A stretch of DNA of 64,000 bases from the IMG/VR virus record IMGVR_UViG_3300017650_000009; one strand, written 5' to 3'. A program made the translations under genes and the position numbers. Source of the DNA: a virus. Its lineage: Duplodnaviria > Heunggongvirae > Uroviricota > Caudoviricetes. Position 1 is the stretch's first letter. The number at the start of each line of letters is the position of its first letter. This document shows, piece after piece, positions 48,044-58,420 of this stretch. The notes beneath the pieces were generated by a model. The model had not been told where the DNA came from. It did not search any database and was given only the letters and a program-made list of their open reading frames with translations.

Positions 48044-48941
48044 ACCAATCCAATAACCCCTTGAAACCATTGCACGATTTCGTAAGGTCTTTAACTTCGC
48101 GTAAGTGTTCACTCAAACATTTTCCGAAATATTTACAACTTGAACAAGTACCATTTGCACCAACACGAGCACGTTCTCGAATGGTCCATTCTTTGTATTC
48201 ATGCATTGTGTCGATCTCTTGAAAAAACTCGTTATCGTGTTCATCAAATTCCAACACCCCAAATTTACCATTCGGTGTAATGTAGATGTGGTCATCGCTG
48301 AAACTGTTGGCGAACCCCTCAAGTGAGTCTTGAATCAAAAATTCATTAATGAATTCAAATCGTTTATTAACTGGTGATTCAATCCAACGCTTAATGAACT
48401 CTTCGTAATCTCGAAAGCTCACATCATCTGCATTTGCTTGATTCGTGCTATAGGGTTTGATTTCAACTGATTTCAAATTTCCAATCAAATTCAACTCATG
48501 AATCATATCATCCACTGATTTACCAATAAGATCCTTCCCTGCAAGCATTAGGATGCTGAAGTCCTTGGGCAAAGCAAGCATGTTATTTCGGACGCTTTGA
48601 TGTGCTTGCCGAGCATCGAAATCGTAGCTCACCGACAAATCGATATCATCCTCAAGGAATCCAGGATGGACTCTGGACAAATTTGTAATTACATTAATAG
48701 GGCCATCATAGTGGGTACGAATAACACGTTTCATAGTGTTCCAGTCGTGTTCTTTCATTAGTCCGACTTCGCCACCATAAAGATCCAAATGTTCGATCGG
48801 TGCATATTTAGCAACCTCACGTAATCGTGAATCCAAAACATCCATATTGATAGTTTTGGGATCACCTAATTGGTCAAGAGTCAAATAACAAAATGAACAA
48901 CGAAAGTTACAAAAATATGTTGGGTTCAACGAGATTTTCAT
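48030..48941 (-). CDS. Radical SAM protein 4 with C-terminal Cys cluster
   Basis: CNFRCSFC, LYGGE, CSSCKYFGKC..C. Confidence 0.9.
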   Translation of the reverse strand: MKISLNPTYFCNFRCSFCYLTLDQLGDPKTINMDVLDSRLREVAKYAPIEHLDLYGGEVGLMKEHDWNTMKRVIRTHYDGPINVITNLSRVHPGFLEDDIDLSVSYDFDARQAHQSVRNNMLALPKDFSILMLAGKDLIGKSVDDMIHELNLIGNLKSVEIKPYSTNQANADDVSFRDYEEFIKRWIESPVNKRFEFINEFLIQDSLEGFANSFSDDHIYITPNGKFGVLEFDEHDNEFFQEIDTMHEYKEWTIRERARVGANGTCSSCKYFGKCLSEHLREVKDLTKSCNGFKGLLDWYDAR

Positions 48942-50020
48942 AGACCGTTAATCTCCATAATATCACCTGCTAGTGTTTTCATTGTGCTGCAATGCGACTC
49001 GACCAGACCAGCTTGCTTTAAGTCTTTAACTGTTTTACGACAACCATTACAAATAGCGAACAACGGACAAGTATAACAATCGGATTTCATACTTTGTAAT
49101 TCGGGATCACTCTGCAAGGGCTTGAAGAATTGCCCTCCATAAACTTCAGCTTCGAAGTCAATTGGCTTGTCTCTATCATCACCGAATGCCCCGCAACTGT
49201 AATAGTCGCCACCGGGTTGAATAGTTCGTATACCTTCATCACAATTACGATTTTGCGGACAAATAGTTGCTGCGCCTTTAAGGCGTTTGGTCATTTGTTT
49301 CGTGTTGAATTCCCAAGGTGTAAGTCCGGCTTTGTGAATTTCCACATAAAGCTTATAGACCTTAGCAAGCAAATACGGATTATCCGCTTGACCCATTTTA
49401 TGCCCGGTGCGCGGATCGATCTTGATATCCCCGCTAGCCATCGCATAATTCAATTTACATTCAACACCAACTTTTGTACCATCCGGTTTTATCTCAGCTG
49501 GTTGATCCTCAGACATTCTCTTTGCAAGCTCTACATTTTTGATTGCCAAGTGTTCGTTCTCATCAGTAACCACACTAATGAAATCTGGACGATATCCAAC
49601 GTGTTCAAGCATTGCGTTGGATACTTCCCAGAGATCTTCCTCCGTGAACAATGTGAGATCGCCCTTAACCCGTCCGGGACCATAGTTGAAACTAGTAGCA
49701 ACTCCCATACGTTCATGTTGAAATAGTTTAGTCCACTTCTTTGGATTCTTTAAAAATGGCCACAAATTACTTGTGAAACTTATACTCGCTTGTAGCTCAT
49801 GTTTATCCAAATGATCGATGAGTTGCCAATAATATTGGGGCGGAACCATTAGAGGATCACCACCGTTTACGATGATCGTTTGCGTATTGGGGAAACGTTT
49901 GAGGAACGCATAAACCCGTTCAAGATCAAGTGTTTGCGCGGAATGCGCAGAAATCTTGGTGCTCGAGCAGAACGTGCATTTGAAGTTGCACAATTCAGTG
50001 GGTTTAATGATAAGATCCAA
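48938..50020 (-). CDS. Radical SAM/SPASM protein 3
   Basis: TTG start after GAGGA; KPTELCNFKCTFC, NGGDP, CPQNRNC..SCG..CYTCPLFAICNGC..C. Confidence 0.92.
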   Translation of the reverse strand: MDLIIKPTELCNFKCTFCSSTKISAHSAQTLDLERVYAFLKRFPNTQTIIVNGGDPLMVPPQYYWQLIDHLDKHELQASISFTSNLWPFLKNPKKWTKLFQHERMGVATSFNYGPGRVKGDLTLFTEEDLWEVSNAMLEHVGYRPDFISVVTDENEHLAIKNVELAKRMSEDQPAEIKPDGTKVGVECKLNYAMASGDIKIDPRTGHKMGQADNPYLLAKVYKLYVEIHKAGLTPWEFNTKQMTKRLKGAATICPQNRNCDEGIRTIQPGGDYYSCGAFGDDRDKPIDFEAEVYGGQFFKPLQSDPELQSMKSDCYTCPLFAICNGCRKTVKDLKQAGLVESHCSTMKTLAGDIMEINGL

Positions 50021-50021
50021 T

Positions 50022-50930
50022 TTAGTCCTCTAAAATTTCCACTTTAAAAACTTTTGATGTTCTAGCGAGTTCCGTATACCCGGGATACCCACGCTCACCT
50101 ATTGATGTTCGAAGACTAGCAATGGGTATTCTACCACAACATGACCAAGCATACACTGGATCAAAATCCGGATCAATATGCTTGATTGCTGCTCGATTGT
50201 GATGCATGAAACTTAAAACATCAGTTGCAATACCACCGAGATCCTGAGAGAATGGAATAATATGTCCACTACCCATATGTGCAGGTGGACCAAAACGCTT
50301 TTCCTTAAATGCAGAATATGCATTACGCATCTCACCAAAACGTAGGATATCATGCCATGCGAGATCCACATAATCAAGTTCAGCATAAAGTGTTCCCGGA
50401 ACAATATCCATTGTTAGGTATTCAAGCCATTCCGATTTAAACTCAATTGCAAAATGGGGATCGGGATAATGTCGAATCTCACCAAATGCTGATTCACTAT
50501 TTGATGTTCCCTTTAACGGTTCACGCACACGAGTTACATAGAACAATAAATGTTTGGTTTTATCGATTAACCCATTGATATGCATGGTTTTTTTAATTTC
50601 ACCAAGTCTACCAGTTTCGACTAGGTCCATTAGGAAACGAATAGTATTATCGCAAACTGTTTCAGTAAGCTTCACAAATGGTACTTTGCCTAAAGGTGAT
50701 CTAAATTTACTCAATTCAATGCGTAGTTCATCCCATATTACTCTGGCTTCATCCGAAGTATTACAAAAATAATTCTCAGTAAGAGCCAAAGGTGGATCAT
50801 TAGGATTGAGCATGGTATACTCAAGCATATTTCTCCAAGACTTTGCCGGAGGTGTATCTAGGAATTCCCATTCCAAAGTAAGCTTGGAATTGTCACCAGC
50901 ATTATACATAATACTCAAATATTCGCTCAT
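50022..50930 (-). CDS. Hypothetical protein in radical SAM operon
   Basis: Intact 302 aa ORF coupled on both sides. Confidence 0.7.
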   Translation of the reverse strand: MSEYLSIMYNAGDNSKLTLEWEFLDTPPAKSWRNMLEYTMLNPNDPPLALTENYFCNTSDEARVIWDELRIELSKFRSPLGKVPFVKLTETVCDNTIRFLMDLVETGRLGEIKKTMHINGLIDKTKHLLFYVTRVREPLKGTSNSESAFGEIRHYPDPHFAIEFKSEWLEYLTMDIVPGTLYAELDYVDLAWHDILRFGEMRNAYSAFKEKRFGPPAHMGSGHIIPFSQDLGGIATDVLSFMHHNRAAIKHIDPDFDPVYAWSCCGRIPIASLRTSIGERGYPGYTELARTSKVFKVEILED

Positions 50931-51277
50931 TAGATTCGATCCTTTAGTATCTTTTCGAGTTGTTCTTCGAAGTTATCATGACCAGATACATCTGCAACTT
51001 GAAAATCCTTAAACAACTCAGGCTGCTCAAGCAATAGGGGTATGAGCTTTCCTTGCTTCTCTAGGCTAAAATAATCTAGATTGCCCGGCTCACAAACATA
51101 TACGTAAATTTGATAGAATGGAATATTTTGTAATTTTCGAATAACACCAACCGTATGTGCATCAGAGTTTTTCATTACTGCTAGAATGCTATGAGTTGAT
51201 GGGTGAAATACTTGGATTCCAAATGCTCTTATCTTTCTAGCACATGCATCCAAATAACTAGTATCGTCATCGAACAC
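50930..51277 (-). CDS. Hypothetical protein in radical SAM operon
   Basis: Overlaps both neighbours. Confidence 0.6.
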   Translation of the reverse strand: MFDDDTSYLDACARKIRAFGIQVFHPSTHSILAVMKNSDAHTVGVIRKLQNIPFYQIYVYVCEPGNLDYFSLEKQGKLIPLLLEQPELFKDFQVADVSGHDNFEEQLEKILKDRI

Positions 51278-52364
51278 CTTTCACCTCGTCTACTTTCTTG
51301 TGAACATCCTTCATCCAACAATAATTCATTGAGCGAGCTGGCCCATTAAAATTCTGTTGAACATAGCACCCAAGACCGCAACGAGTGAAATATTCACAAC
51401 TCATACAATCACGCGCATCTAGAAAATCAAATTCTAGTTCGCCTGCTGTTTTAGGCATTCGATCTTTGTGCCAACTATTTAAGAATACCGTACAACGACC
51501 TGCCTTACCATCAGGTAAGATTGTATAGGTATTCTGGCAACTCATACTATTGGAATCATTTTCCCGATATGTTTTGACCGGATGTGTATTTGGGTAATGT
51601 TCAACCAAATAAACTAGGAGATCACGCATTTCGGCGTCCTTGGGAAACATAGTTTCCCAGTTATCCTCTAACGTGTAATAGTCAAAATAGATATCGAAAT
51701 TCTCATATAGGAAATCGAAATGTGGTATATTCCCGGATAGAAACTTACGAATACTCGGTGCAGTCATAACAACATTTACCACACTTAGATATTCCAAATA
51801 TATCTCAGCGTTACGACGAAACACTAGTAGATTCGATGCATTGAAACGAGCCGCGGGGTCATAAGACGTACCTAGATCAACATCAACGCCATCCGCACGT
51901 AATCCATCTATTAGCCGTTTGACACGAGCTGTATTAAAGTGAACAAGATTGGTCACGAATGTATAAGAAATCTCGATCCCACGTTGCACGGCATAAGCGT
52001 GGATATCCAAAACAAGTCCGCGATAATCTTCAAAAACTTCATCACTAATTGAGTCCATGAAGAGTTCACCACCCATCAGGTTGATACTGAAATGGTCCTT
52101 GCGCATTTTCTGTAATAGTTCGATCGCTTTGATAACATCTTTGAGTTTATTACGTATTGCATTCATGCCGAAATCAGTTGCATGATCTTGATTACAAAAT
52201 TTACATGTAAGATTGCATAGCTCGAAGAGGGTGACAATTATCTCTCCATGTGAAGAACGCTTTTTACCAATAAGTGCCTCGGCGGTATCCACAATTGGTC
52301 GAACTGAAGGATCGATATCCTTCAGCTCTACAAGACCATCCCCATCATAGACAACTTCAGCCAT
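51267..52364 (-). CDS. Radical SAM/SPASM-like protein 2
   Basis: CNLTCKFC, LMGGE, SC..RC..CMSCEYFTRCGLGC..C; GAGGA RBS. Confidence 0.9.
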   Translation of the reverse strand: MAEVVYDGDGLVELKDIDPSVRPIVDTAEALIGKKRSSHGEIIVTLFELCNLTCKFCNQDHATDFGMNAIRNKLKDVIKAIELLQKMRKDHFSINLMGGELFMDSISDEVFEDYRGLVLDIHAYAVQRGIEISYTFVTNLVHFNTARVKRLIDGLRADGVDVDLGTSYDPAARFNASNLLVFRRNAEIYLEYLSVVNVVMTAPSIRKFLSGNIPHFDFLYENFDIYFDYYTLEDNWETMFPKDAEMRDLLVYLVEHYPNTHPVKTYRENDSNSMSCQNTYTILPDGKAGRCTVFLNSWHKDRMPKTAGELEFDFLDARDCMSCEYFTRCGLGCYVQQNFNGPARSMNYCWMKDVHKKVDEVKGVR

Positions 52365-53145
52365 TGTCTTCCTCAAATAGAGTTTTTTCAGCCAACAAAA
52401 TACCATTTAGGAATTCATTGGTATTATATTCAACAGTTCCCATAGTTTCGAGAATCGCAGGTAATGGGTTACCCGGACGCATAAACCAATAATAGAGATT
52501 CTTGCCCTCAAACATATAATCTTCAAATTGCTTGGTAAAATAATGACATTCTTCGCCTAGCACTGAATAGTAGCATTCCAAGAAGAATGGCAAACTAAAC
52601 AGGTTAACAAAGTTATTGCCTATGGCTTTATCATCATCAATTTGATGGAACTGATCTTTTGGATCACCGAATGCTTCTCGATACTTAGTGTTAATGCTTA
52701 ACGTGTATATGATCATGGAATCCATAACCACACGCCACTGATTCACAAGCAATTTGTTTTCTTCAATGAACTCAATAATCTCATCTTTATTCAAGACAGG
52801 ATTACCAATGACATCGTAGAAATCACCAATATTTTTAATAGCAGTAAGAATTGTTCCCACCGTGAGGGCCAAGCTCGGACACTTCACAAGGTTGCGTAGT
52901 TTCATATATTCGAGAATTAGTTCTTTGCGTTCGGCCGTTGTCGTTTCAGGGCCAAACTTGATGTCACAAGGAACATCCAAGTTGCTCAAATATGTAAGGA
53001 TTTGTTTTCCACGCATTACGCTCTTATCGTAATCGATTAGGAAAACAATATCCGGATTTGTAAATCCCTCTTTGAGATCATCCATACCAATCGGTGCAGT
53101 AGTTGAACGAATGAGAGATTCGTCTTTATCAAAAATGTCGTACAT
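52357..53145 (-). CDS. Hypothetical protein in radical SAM operon
   Basis: AAGGA RBS; TTAPI..L, LTYLSNLD. Confidence 0.7.
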   Translation of the reverse strand: MYDIFDKDESLIRSTTAPIGMDDLKEGFTNPDIVFLIDYDKSVMRGKQILTYLSNLDVPCDIKFGPETTTAERKELILEYMKLRNLVKCPSLALTVGTILTAIKNIGDFYDVIGNPVLNKDEIIEFIEENKLLVNQWRVVMDSMIIYTLSINTKYREAFGDPKDQFHQIDDDKAIGNNFVNLFSLPFFLECYYSVLGEECHYFTKQFEDYMFEGKNLYYWFMRPGNPLPAILETMGTVEYNTNEFLNGILLAEKTLFEEDNG

Positions 53146-53154
53146 TTGGTTTCC

Positions 53155-54087
53155 TTATCGACGACTACGAGAGCTATGGCACGAAGCATGGCATGAACTA
53201 TGACAATAATCAATTGTTACACCAGCATCATAATCCTTTGCTGCTTCCCAAATACCATCCATACGTTGGAATACTTCAATTAGACCTGCTGCGGTAACTA
53301 CAACACCCTTAGGATCCGGACCACCACCTTGGCCCGAAGCATCCACACGCGGTCCACGCATAACATCGGAATAAACAGTGTTACCAAAAACAACACCATT
53401 TGGTGCGCCACGGAAAGGGTCGGCCATATGAGTCATACCGGATTTTGAACCCTGTTGAGCAAAACCATATAGATCTTCATAACGTTTAAGAGTATCACCT
53501 TTGAAATCAGCAACATAATTCTTACCATTCTGTGTGAAGGTGTGAGGATATGTTTTCGATTGCCATTTCACTTTGGTTGTCGCCATTCGTGTAATCATGT
53601 TACATCTGCGGACTCGGGTCAACGCATAGGTGTGTTGCATGATTTCAGTGGCGACAGAGCCTACTCGAGTTGCATTTGCCGCAGCATCATTGGGATCAAT
53701 ACCTTGACCACCATTTACGTCCCAGAACGAAACCTGTCCCTTAACATCATCACCCATATTCTGAGATACTTGCCCATCGTTTGGTAGGTCCAAAGTTGGA
53801 CCACCAAATGCATCAGCAAGTGTTAGATTCGCACCGTTCTTTTTCCACCAACGTTGGTCATGGAAATCTGTGAATGCTGACAAACGGCCCATCTGAGTAG
53901 AAAGTGCATCGGATACGCCAACTCGATAAAATTCAAAAGATGGATCCGCAGCATTGTCTCGGTGATAAACAATGGCATTTTGTACTTTACGAACAAGACC
54001 AGCACGGAACTGACCCAGGATATCATCACTTACTGTAGGGCCGGTTTCTCGTGCACGAATAATCTGGCCTGGTGTTGGATTAGCCAT
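53155..54087 (-). CDS. Putative substrate of the radical SAM enzymes, C-terminus YCHSSCHASCHSSRSRR
   Basis: AGGAG RBS and TAATG coupling to rSAM 1; Gly-rich body with a terminal (C-H-x-S)x3 repeat. Confidence 0.6.
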   Translation of the reverse strand: MANPTPGQIIRARETGPTVSDDILGQFRAGLVRKVQNAIVYHRDNAADPSFEFYRVGVSDALSTQMGRLSAFTDFHDQRWWKKNGANLTLADAFGGPTLDLPNDGQVSQNMGDDVKGQVSFWDVNGGQGIDPNDAAANATRVGSVATEIMQHTYALTRVRRCNMITRMATTKVKWQSKTYPHTFTQNGKNYVADFKGDTLKRYEDLYGFAQQGSKSGMTHMADPFRGAPNGVVFGNTVYSDVMRGPRVDASGQGGGPDPKGVVVTAAGLIEVFQRMDGIWEAAKDYDAGVTIDYCHSSCHASCHSSRSRR

Positions 54088-55148
54088 TAATCTTTCTCCT
54101 GTAAAAACTTATCAAACAACTCATAGTCATCAACTGTTTTGAGATGCTTGATGAGACTTTTAGGACTTGCACAAACATTTCCCTGCCATTGTACCTGTTG
54201 GCAATCGCCATTACAAATATCAAATACTGGGCAACTAAAGCAAGCTGGATTCCTATGTGTCTCACATGCGATCTTCTTCATACGACCTGGGTTCCAGAAC
54301 AAATCCTTAATGTCCATATCCAGTGTACCGTAGTTATTTACTGGGGCGTCGTTCGGACAACCACCAATTGAACCATCCGGATTTAGCGTGAACATCTTTT
54401 GTTCACAATTGCGACAGAAGACACCACCAGTAAAACCTCGATTGATACGTTCAAGTAGTCCATTCAAAAATATGTTTTGGGGTGCCCATTCCCATGCCTT
54501 ATGTTCGACCATTTGATGCCACATACGGAGGAACCAAGCATCAAGCTCAATATTATCTGGAAATATCTTATTGTTGCCCACTGCATTGCCATGCGGCGTG
54601 AGACGCTCGAGACTCAAATAACGAACACCAAGATCAGCGGCCATACGAAGTAATTCAATTGGTTCCTTGGAAATCGTATTACGACTCAAGCTTACCATAA
54701 GGGTTACATCGAACCCTTCTTCAACTAGCTTTCGCGTATTCTGTTCCCAAAGCGATGACTGTTTGGTATTTTCAAAACGAATGCCATCATCCCAAGAGGT
54801 TGCTATTGTGTTAGAGAATGCTTCCTTCATGAACTCCAGACGCTCTTCCGTGAGGTTAAACGTCAAGTTAGTACATGCGGACCAACGCATGTTTGGAAAC
54901 AAATCCTTACATGCGAGCCAAGTCCTGCGCATGTGTTCGACAGGAGCCAGGAATGGTTCACCGCCGTGAAATTCAACAGTTACATGTTGAAGTAATGGCT
55001 GGGCTGCTTTTAATCTATGAAACCAGTCGATCGTTTTATCTGGGTCGAAATAAATCTTCCGACCCAAGCGACCACTTGTAAAACAATGTGCGCAATTAAG
55101 CTGACATGTTTCTGTGGTCTTCAAATAAATATGAAGCTGTTTGAGCAT
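54087..55148 (-). CDS. Radical SAM/SPASM protein 1
   Basis: KTTETCQLNCAHC, FHGGEP, CRNC..GCP..CFSCPVFDICNGDC..C. Confidence 0.92.
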   Translation of the reverse strand: MLKQLHIYLKTTETCQLNCAHCFTSGRLGRKIYFDPDKTIDWFHRLKAAQPLLQHVTVEFHGGEPFLAPVEHMRRTWLACKDLFPNMRWSACTNLTFNLTEERLEFMKEAFSNTIATSWDDGIRFENTKQSSLWEQNTRKLVEEGFDVTLMVSLSRNTISKEPIELLRMAADLGVRYLSLERLTPHGNAVGNNKIFPDNIELDAWFLRMWHQMVEHKAWEWAPQNIFLNGLLERINRGFTGGVFCRNCEQKMFTLNPDGSIGGCPNDAPVNNYGTLDMDIKDLFWNPGRMKKIACETHRNPACFSCPVFDICNGDCQQVQWQGNVCASPKSLIKHLKTVDDYELFDKFLQEKD

Positions 55149-55151
55149 TTG

Positions 55152-55766
55152 TTATCCAATCAATGAGCCAGCTTGGGCCCACAAGTCGAGTTCCTTAACA
55201 CGTGGCTTAATAGATCCAGTACCGAAACTAATCATCACAGAATCTTCAATATTGGTTGCGCAATGCGCAAGCCCCTCAGGCATAAACAGCCAATCACCTT
55301 CTTCGAGAATATGAACTCCAGTTTCAGTTTCCATCTGTTTTACTCCGCTAATCATGTAGCAGAATACATGGCCTTCATCCTTGTGCCATCCAAATGAACC
55401 TTTATTCTCAAAACCAATAAACAAATGTCCATTTACGGTTGTTTCGAGTTCTTCCTCAAGACCATCAACGAGCTGGCGTACCTCTGCATTGTAGTTTTCC
55501 ATGTCTTCTACCTTTATAGGCCAGCCATGATATTGGGCTTGATTTAGCATTTCGAGTTTGTTTTTGATGCCATGAAACTCATCAATACAATCAGTTTGCC
55601 AAAATGTTCCATCCGAATGAAGCTTTATTACATACGTTTCGCCGGATTCCAGCGTTGCCATGTTAGCCGCAATCGCTAGTGGATTCTCAGGCAGTTTCAA
55701 GTCAAATGGCTTGTTCCATTTTACACTCTTGAAATCATTGAGAATTTCCGGATCGAATAAAAGCAT
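55152..55766 (-). CDS. JmjC/cupin Fe(II)/2OG oxygenase-like protein
   Basis: SFGWHKD (HxD), GVK, LEEGDWLFMPEGLAH (distal His). Confidence 0.8.
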   Translation of the reverse strand: MLLFDPEILNDFKSVKWNKPFDLKLPENPLAIAANMATLESGETYVIKLHSDGTFWQTDCIDEFHGIKNKLEMLNQAQYHGWPIKVEDMENYNAEVRQLVDGLEEELETTVNGHLFIGFENKGSFGWHKDEGHVFCYMISGVKQMETETGVHILEEGDWLFMPEGLAHCATNIEDSVMISFGTGSIKPRVKELDLWAQAGSLIG

Positions 55767-55837
55767 TTTGGTTTCCTCTATCAGTTAACATTCCACTAAT
55801 AGTTATTACGTATGGGGAAATCAATATTCTTAGAAGC

Positions 55838-55861
55838 AAATGGGGCCGAACTGGCCCCATT
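55838..55861 (-). terminator. Stem-loop after tail-fibre gene
   Basis: AATGGGGCC-N5-GGCCCCATT. Confidence 0.65.
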
Positions 55862-55880
55862 ACACGGATTCGTGAATCAT

Positions 55881-57761
55881 TTATTTCGTTTGAACGACTG
55901 CTAGTACGAGCCCTTCAGCATCATCAGTTTTGTCCTCAAGGGCACGGCCGACAACGTGGAACTCATTAATCGAAAGCAAATCACCACCATATGCTTGTGC
56001 AACACCTGGAGTCTCAGAAAGAATCAAACGCTGACCCTTACGTACTTCACCGATAACTCTAACTGGAACACGACCAGTAAGTGCAACGGGAGGATGTGTT
56101 TCATTTTCGCCGGCATCCGCGTTCATAAGATGACCCGGATTAGTAGAGATAACACCAAAGAAATTATAATCCCAAAGACCCGAAGTCTTTGTAATTTCGT
56201 GCGTTCCACCGATGCTTACAAGTGTTCCCGGAGCATATACAGCATCTGCCGCATATCGCTCGGCCAAGTCAGCATACTTGGTGCTTGTGGACATACCATC
56301 GAACAAGTTTGCATAAATTGTACCCCACTTTGCACCTGGGCTACCCAAGTCGTGCTGACCCGTAGGTACAGAACTCTTGTCCAATGGAACAAAGCTACCA
56401 CTCGGCATTGTACTGATTGCATCATCTACAACTTCCTGTGCAACTTCCTTAACCGAATCCTTACCCTTTTGTGTAAGCATTGCTGTACCGATGAAATCAT
56501 TATCAGCGGTTGCAAAGAGATTTTCAAATACAATTTCAACATCACTATCGGCGGTTTCAGTCTTCAATGACTTTGCTTCCACAAACATTTCGGACTTCTC
56601 TGCGTAGTCAGTCTTTTCCGCATACAAAGCTTTACCGAAAATGTTTACTTCTTCTGTATCATACTCTTCAGTATCTCCATTAGAAGTACCAGCGTAAATC
56701 TCCTTACCATAGATACGACGCCAATGCTGATCGGGTTTACCCAAGTCATAAACAATATCTGTGGTAATTGGATAAGTTGTTTCATCTGAACGCAAGAACT
56801 GAGAAGCGTTTAGACCGTTTAGACGTTCAGCATCTGCAGCCTGACCATTAACTAGCTGGTTCGCAGCATGGTTCATATTGAGACCTGAGTTCAACGTTTT
56901 ATCAGATTCGCCCGGATTGGTATAATCGAACCATGCACCAAACGGCAATCCATCAATTTCATTTTCGATAAGACGAACAACTTCGTTTGTATAAACAGCA
57001 ACAAGAACACCATTTACGATGATCTTGAACATAGGAACTTCTTTTTCTTCACCGGTGACGGGGTCAATAACCTTAATGATTGTTACTTCAGTATATGAGC
57101 CACCATCTGGATCGTTAGGATCTCTTGCGCCATCTGGACCAATTAGAACCCAACCATTGGGAACTGCCGAACCATCAACACGTTTCTGATTAGGAGGGAA
57201 TGTTCCTTTTGAAGCCAAAGAAGAATCATATGCGAAAAGCTTACGCTCGGGAAGCATCCACCACAATTCGCCTTCATCTGGATCATCTGGACCAGGAACC
57301 GGAATAGTAGGATCAATTGTACTTGGATCTTTATCTGGATCCAAACCTGTACTTGGGCCACCAACCTTTTTCCAGCGATAACCATCCCAGTAATAGATTG
57401 CGTTGGTTTCCATGTTATACCATAGATCACCAGGCTCTGGGGTGTCAGGCGGATTTACACTTGATGTTGCTCCACCGACGTTAACCCAGTTTGTTCCGTC
57501 AAAAAGCTTTAGCTTATTAACGGTTGTAATCGGCGGGCCCGGATCAAAAGTATGAAACCAAACTTGCCCTTGTAGTGGATTTGCAGGAGGGATTGGTGCA
57601 GCAAAACTCTCAAGCATATGAACAAAGTTCTCTGCGACAGCTTCACCGTAGTCAACGGAACCACGACCCAAAAGTGTTAGACTCGTAGATTCCGTATCCC
57701 TTGTGTAATCCTGGATTGTGGTTAACAAAGAACCATCAGTACGATTAATTGGATATGGCAT
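55881..57761 (-). CDS. Tail fibre/baseplate-attached protein with C-terminal chaperone-like domain
   Basis: YGE..AENFVHMLESFA..P.NP..GQVW, repeated P..GDLW modules, YADLAERY..GVIST.P..MN..VALTGRVPV; GAGGAG RBS; TAAATA upstream. Confidence 0.8.
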   Translation of the reverse strand: MPYPINRTDGSLLTTIQDYTRDTESTSLTLLGRGSVDYGEAVAENFVHMLESFAAPIPPANPLQGQVWFHTFDPGPPITTVNKLKLFDGTNWVNVGGATSSVNPPDTPEPGDLWYNMETNAIYYWDGYRWKKVGGPSTGLDPDKDPSTIDPTIPVPGPDDPDEGELWWMLPERKLFAYDSSLASKGTFPPNQKRVDGSAVPNGWVLIGPDGARDPNDPDGGSYTEVTIIKVIDPVTGEEKEVPMFKIIVNGVLVAVYTNEVVRLIENEIDGLPFGAWFDYTNPGESDKTLNSGLNMNHAANQLVNGQAADAERLNGLNASQFLRSDETTYPITTDIVYDLGKPDQHWRRIYGKEIYAGTSNGDTEEYDTEEVNIFGKALYAEKTDYAEKSEMFVEAKSLKTETADSDVEIVFENLFATADNDFIGTAMLTQKGKDSVKEVAQEVVDDAISTMPSGSFVPLDKSSVPTGQHDLGSPGAKWGTIYANLFDGMSTSTKYADLAERYAADAVYAPGTLVSIGGTHEITKTSGLWDYNFFGVISTNPGHLMNADAGENETHPPVALTGRVPVRVIGEVRKGQRLILSETPGVAQAYGGDLLSINEFHVVGRALEDKTDDAEGLVLAVVQTK

Positions 57762-57820
57762 TGAATGCACTCCTCAGCTTTATTTGCTGATATTTATTGT
57801 TCTATTAAAACTTAACTTAA

Positions 57821-58420
57821 TTACGCCATGGTTACGCGAATTGTATAAACCACTTCAATCAACCGATTCAAAGACTTCTGAATCGGATTGAAGATAACGT
57901 GAGTCAAAAGCTGACCATTGCCGGGTCCGGATGGATCATACGTCTTTAGTCCAAGCTCATCAAATACGAATGGAGCTTCAATATCAGTTGAATCATCGAA
58001 AGCTTCCTGACCCGATGGCTCTGAATAATCCAAAGTGCATGTGATCACGATATCAGAATAGACTGAACCAACAACGTGACGAACCTCAATGAAGTTCTTA
58101 CTAGGATCAGTGTTTAGGGAACTCTGGTCATTAACAACTTTAAAATACGTAGGGTTGTAAAGGTCGGCATTTGCACCGGTAACGTTTGGTGGGTAATACG
58201 TAATAGCGCCAGTGCCCGAAACCGCGGAACCGCCAGAACCGAAATGCATCTCGTGAATGTTGCCATTAGGGCGACCCGCGAGACCGCGAGCCACCGCAAC
58301 TGACATATTCTCGAAATGTATGGCGTTAGATTTATCCAAAAGGACTTCACCGGTATTTGCGTCACGAATAAGAACGTGACCTTTAAACTTTGGTCCAATT
58401 TGATCGTTTAGTGAATCCAT
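57821..58420 (-). CDS. Virion (baseplate/tail) structural protein
   Basis: GHVLIRD..NAIHFENMS, FDELGL, LLTHVIF.P.QKS; GAGGAG RBS; TAAATA upstream. Confidence 0.75.
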   Translation of the reverse strand: MDSLNDQIGPKFKGHVLIRDANTGEVLLDKSNAIHFENMSVAVARGLAGRPNGNIHEMHFGSGGSAVSGTGAITYYPPNVTGANADLYNPTYFKVVNDQSSLNTDPSKNFIEVRHVVGSVYSDIVITCTLDYSEPSGQEAFDDSTDIEAPFVFDELGLKTYDPSGPGNGQLLTHVIFNPIQKSLNRLIEVVYTIRVTMA

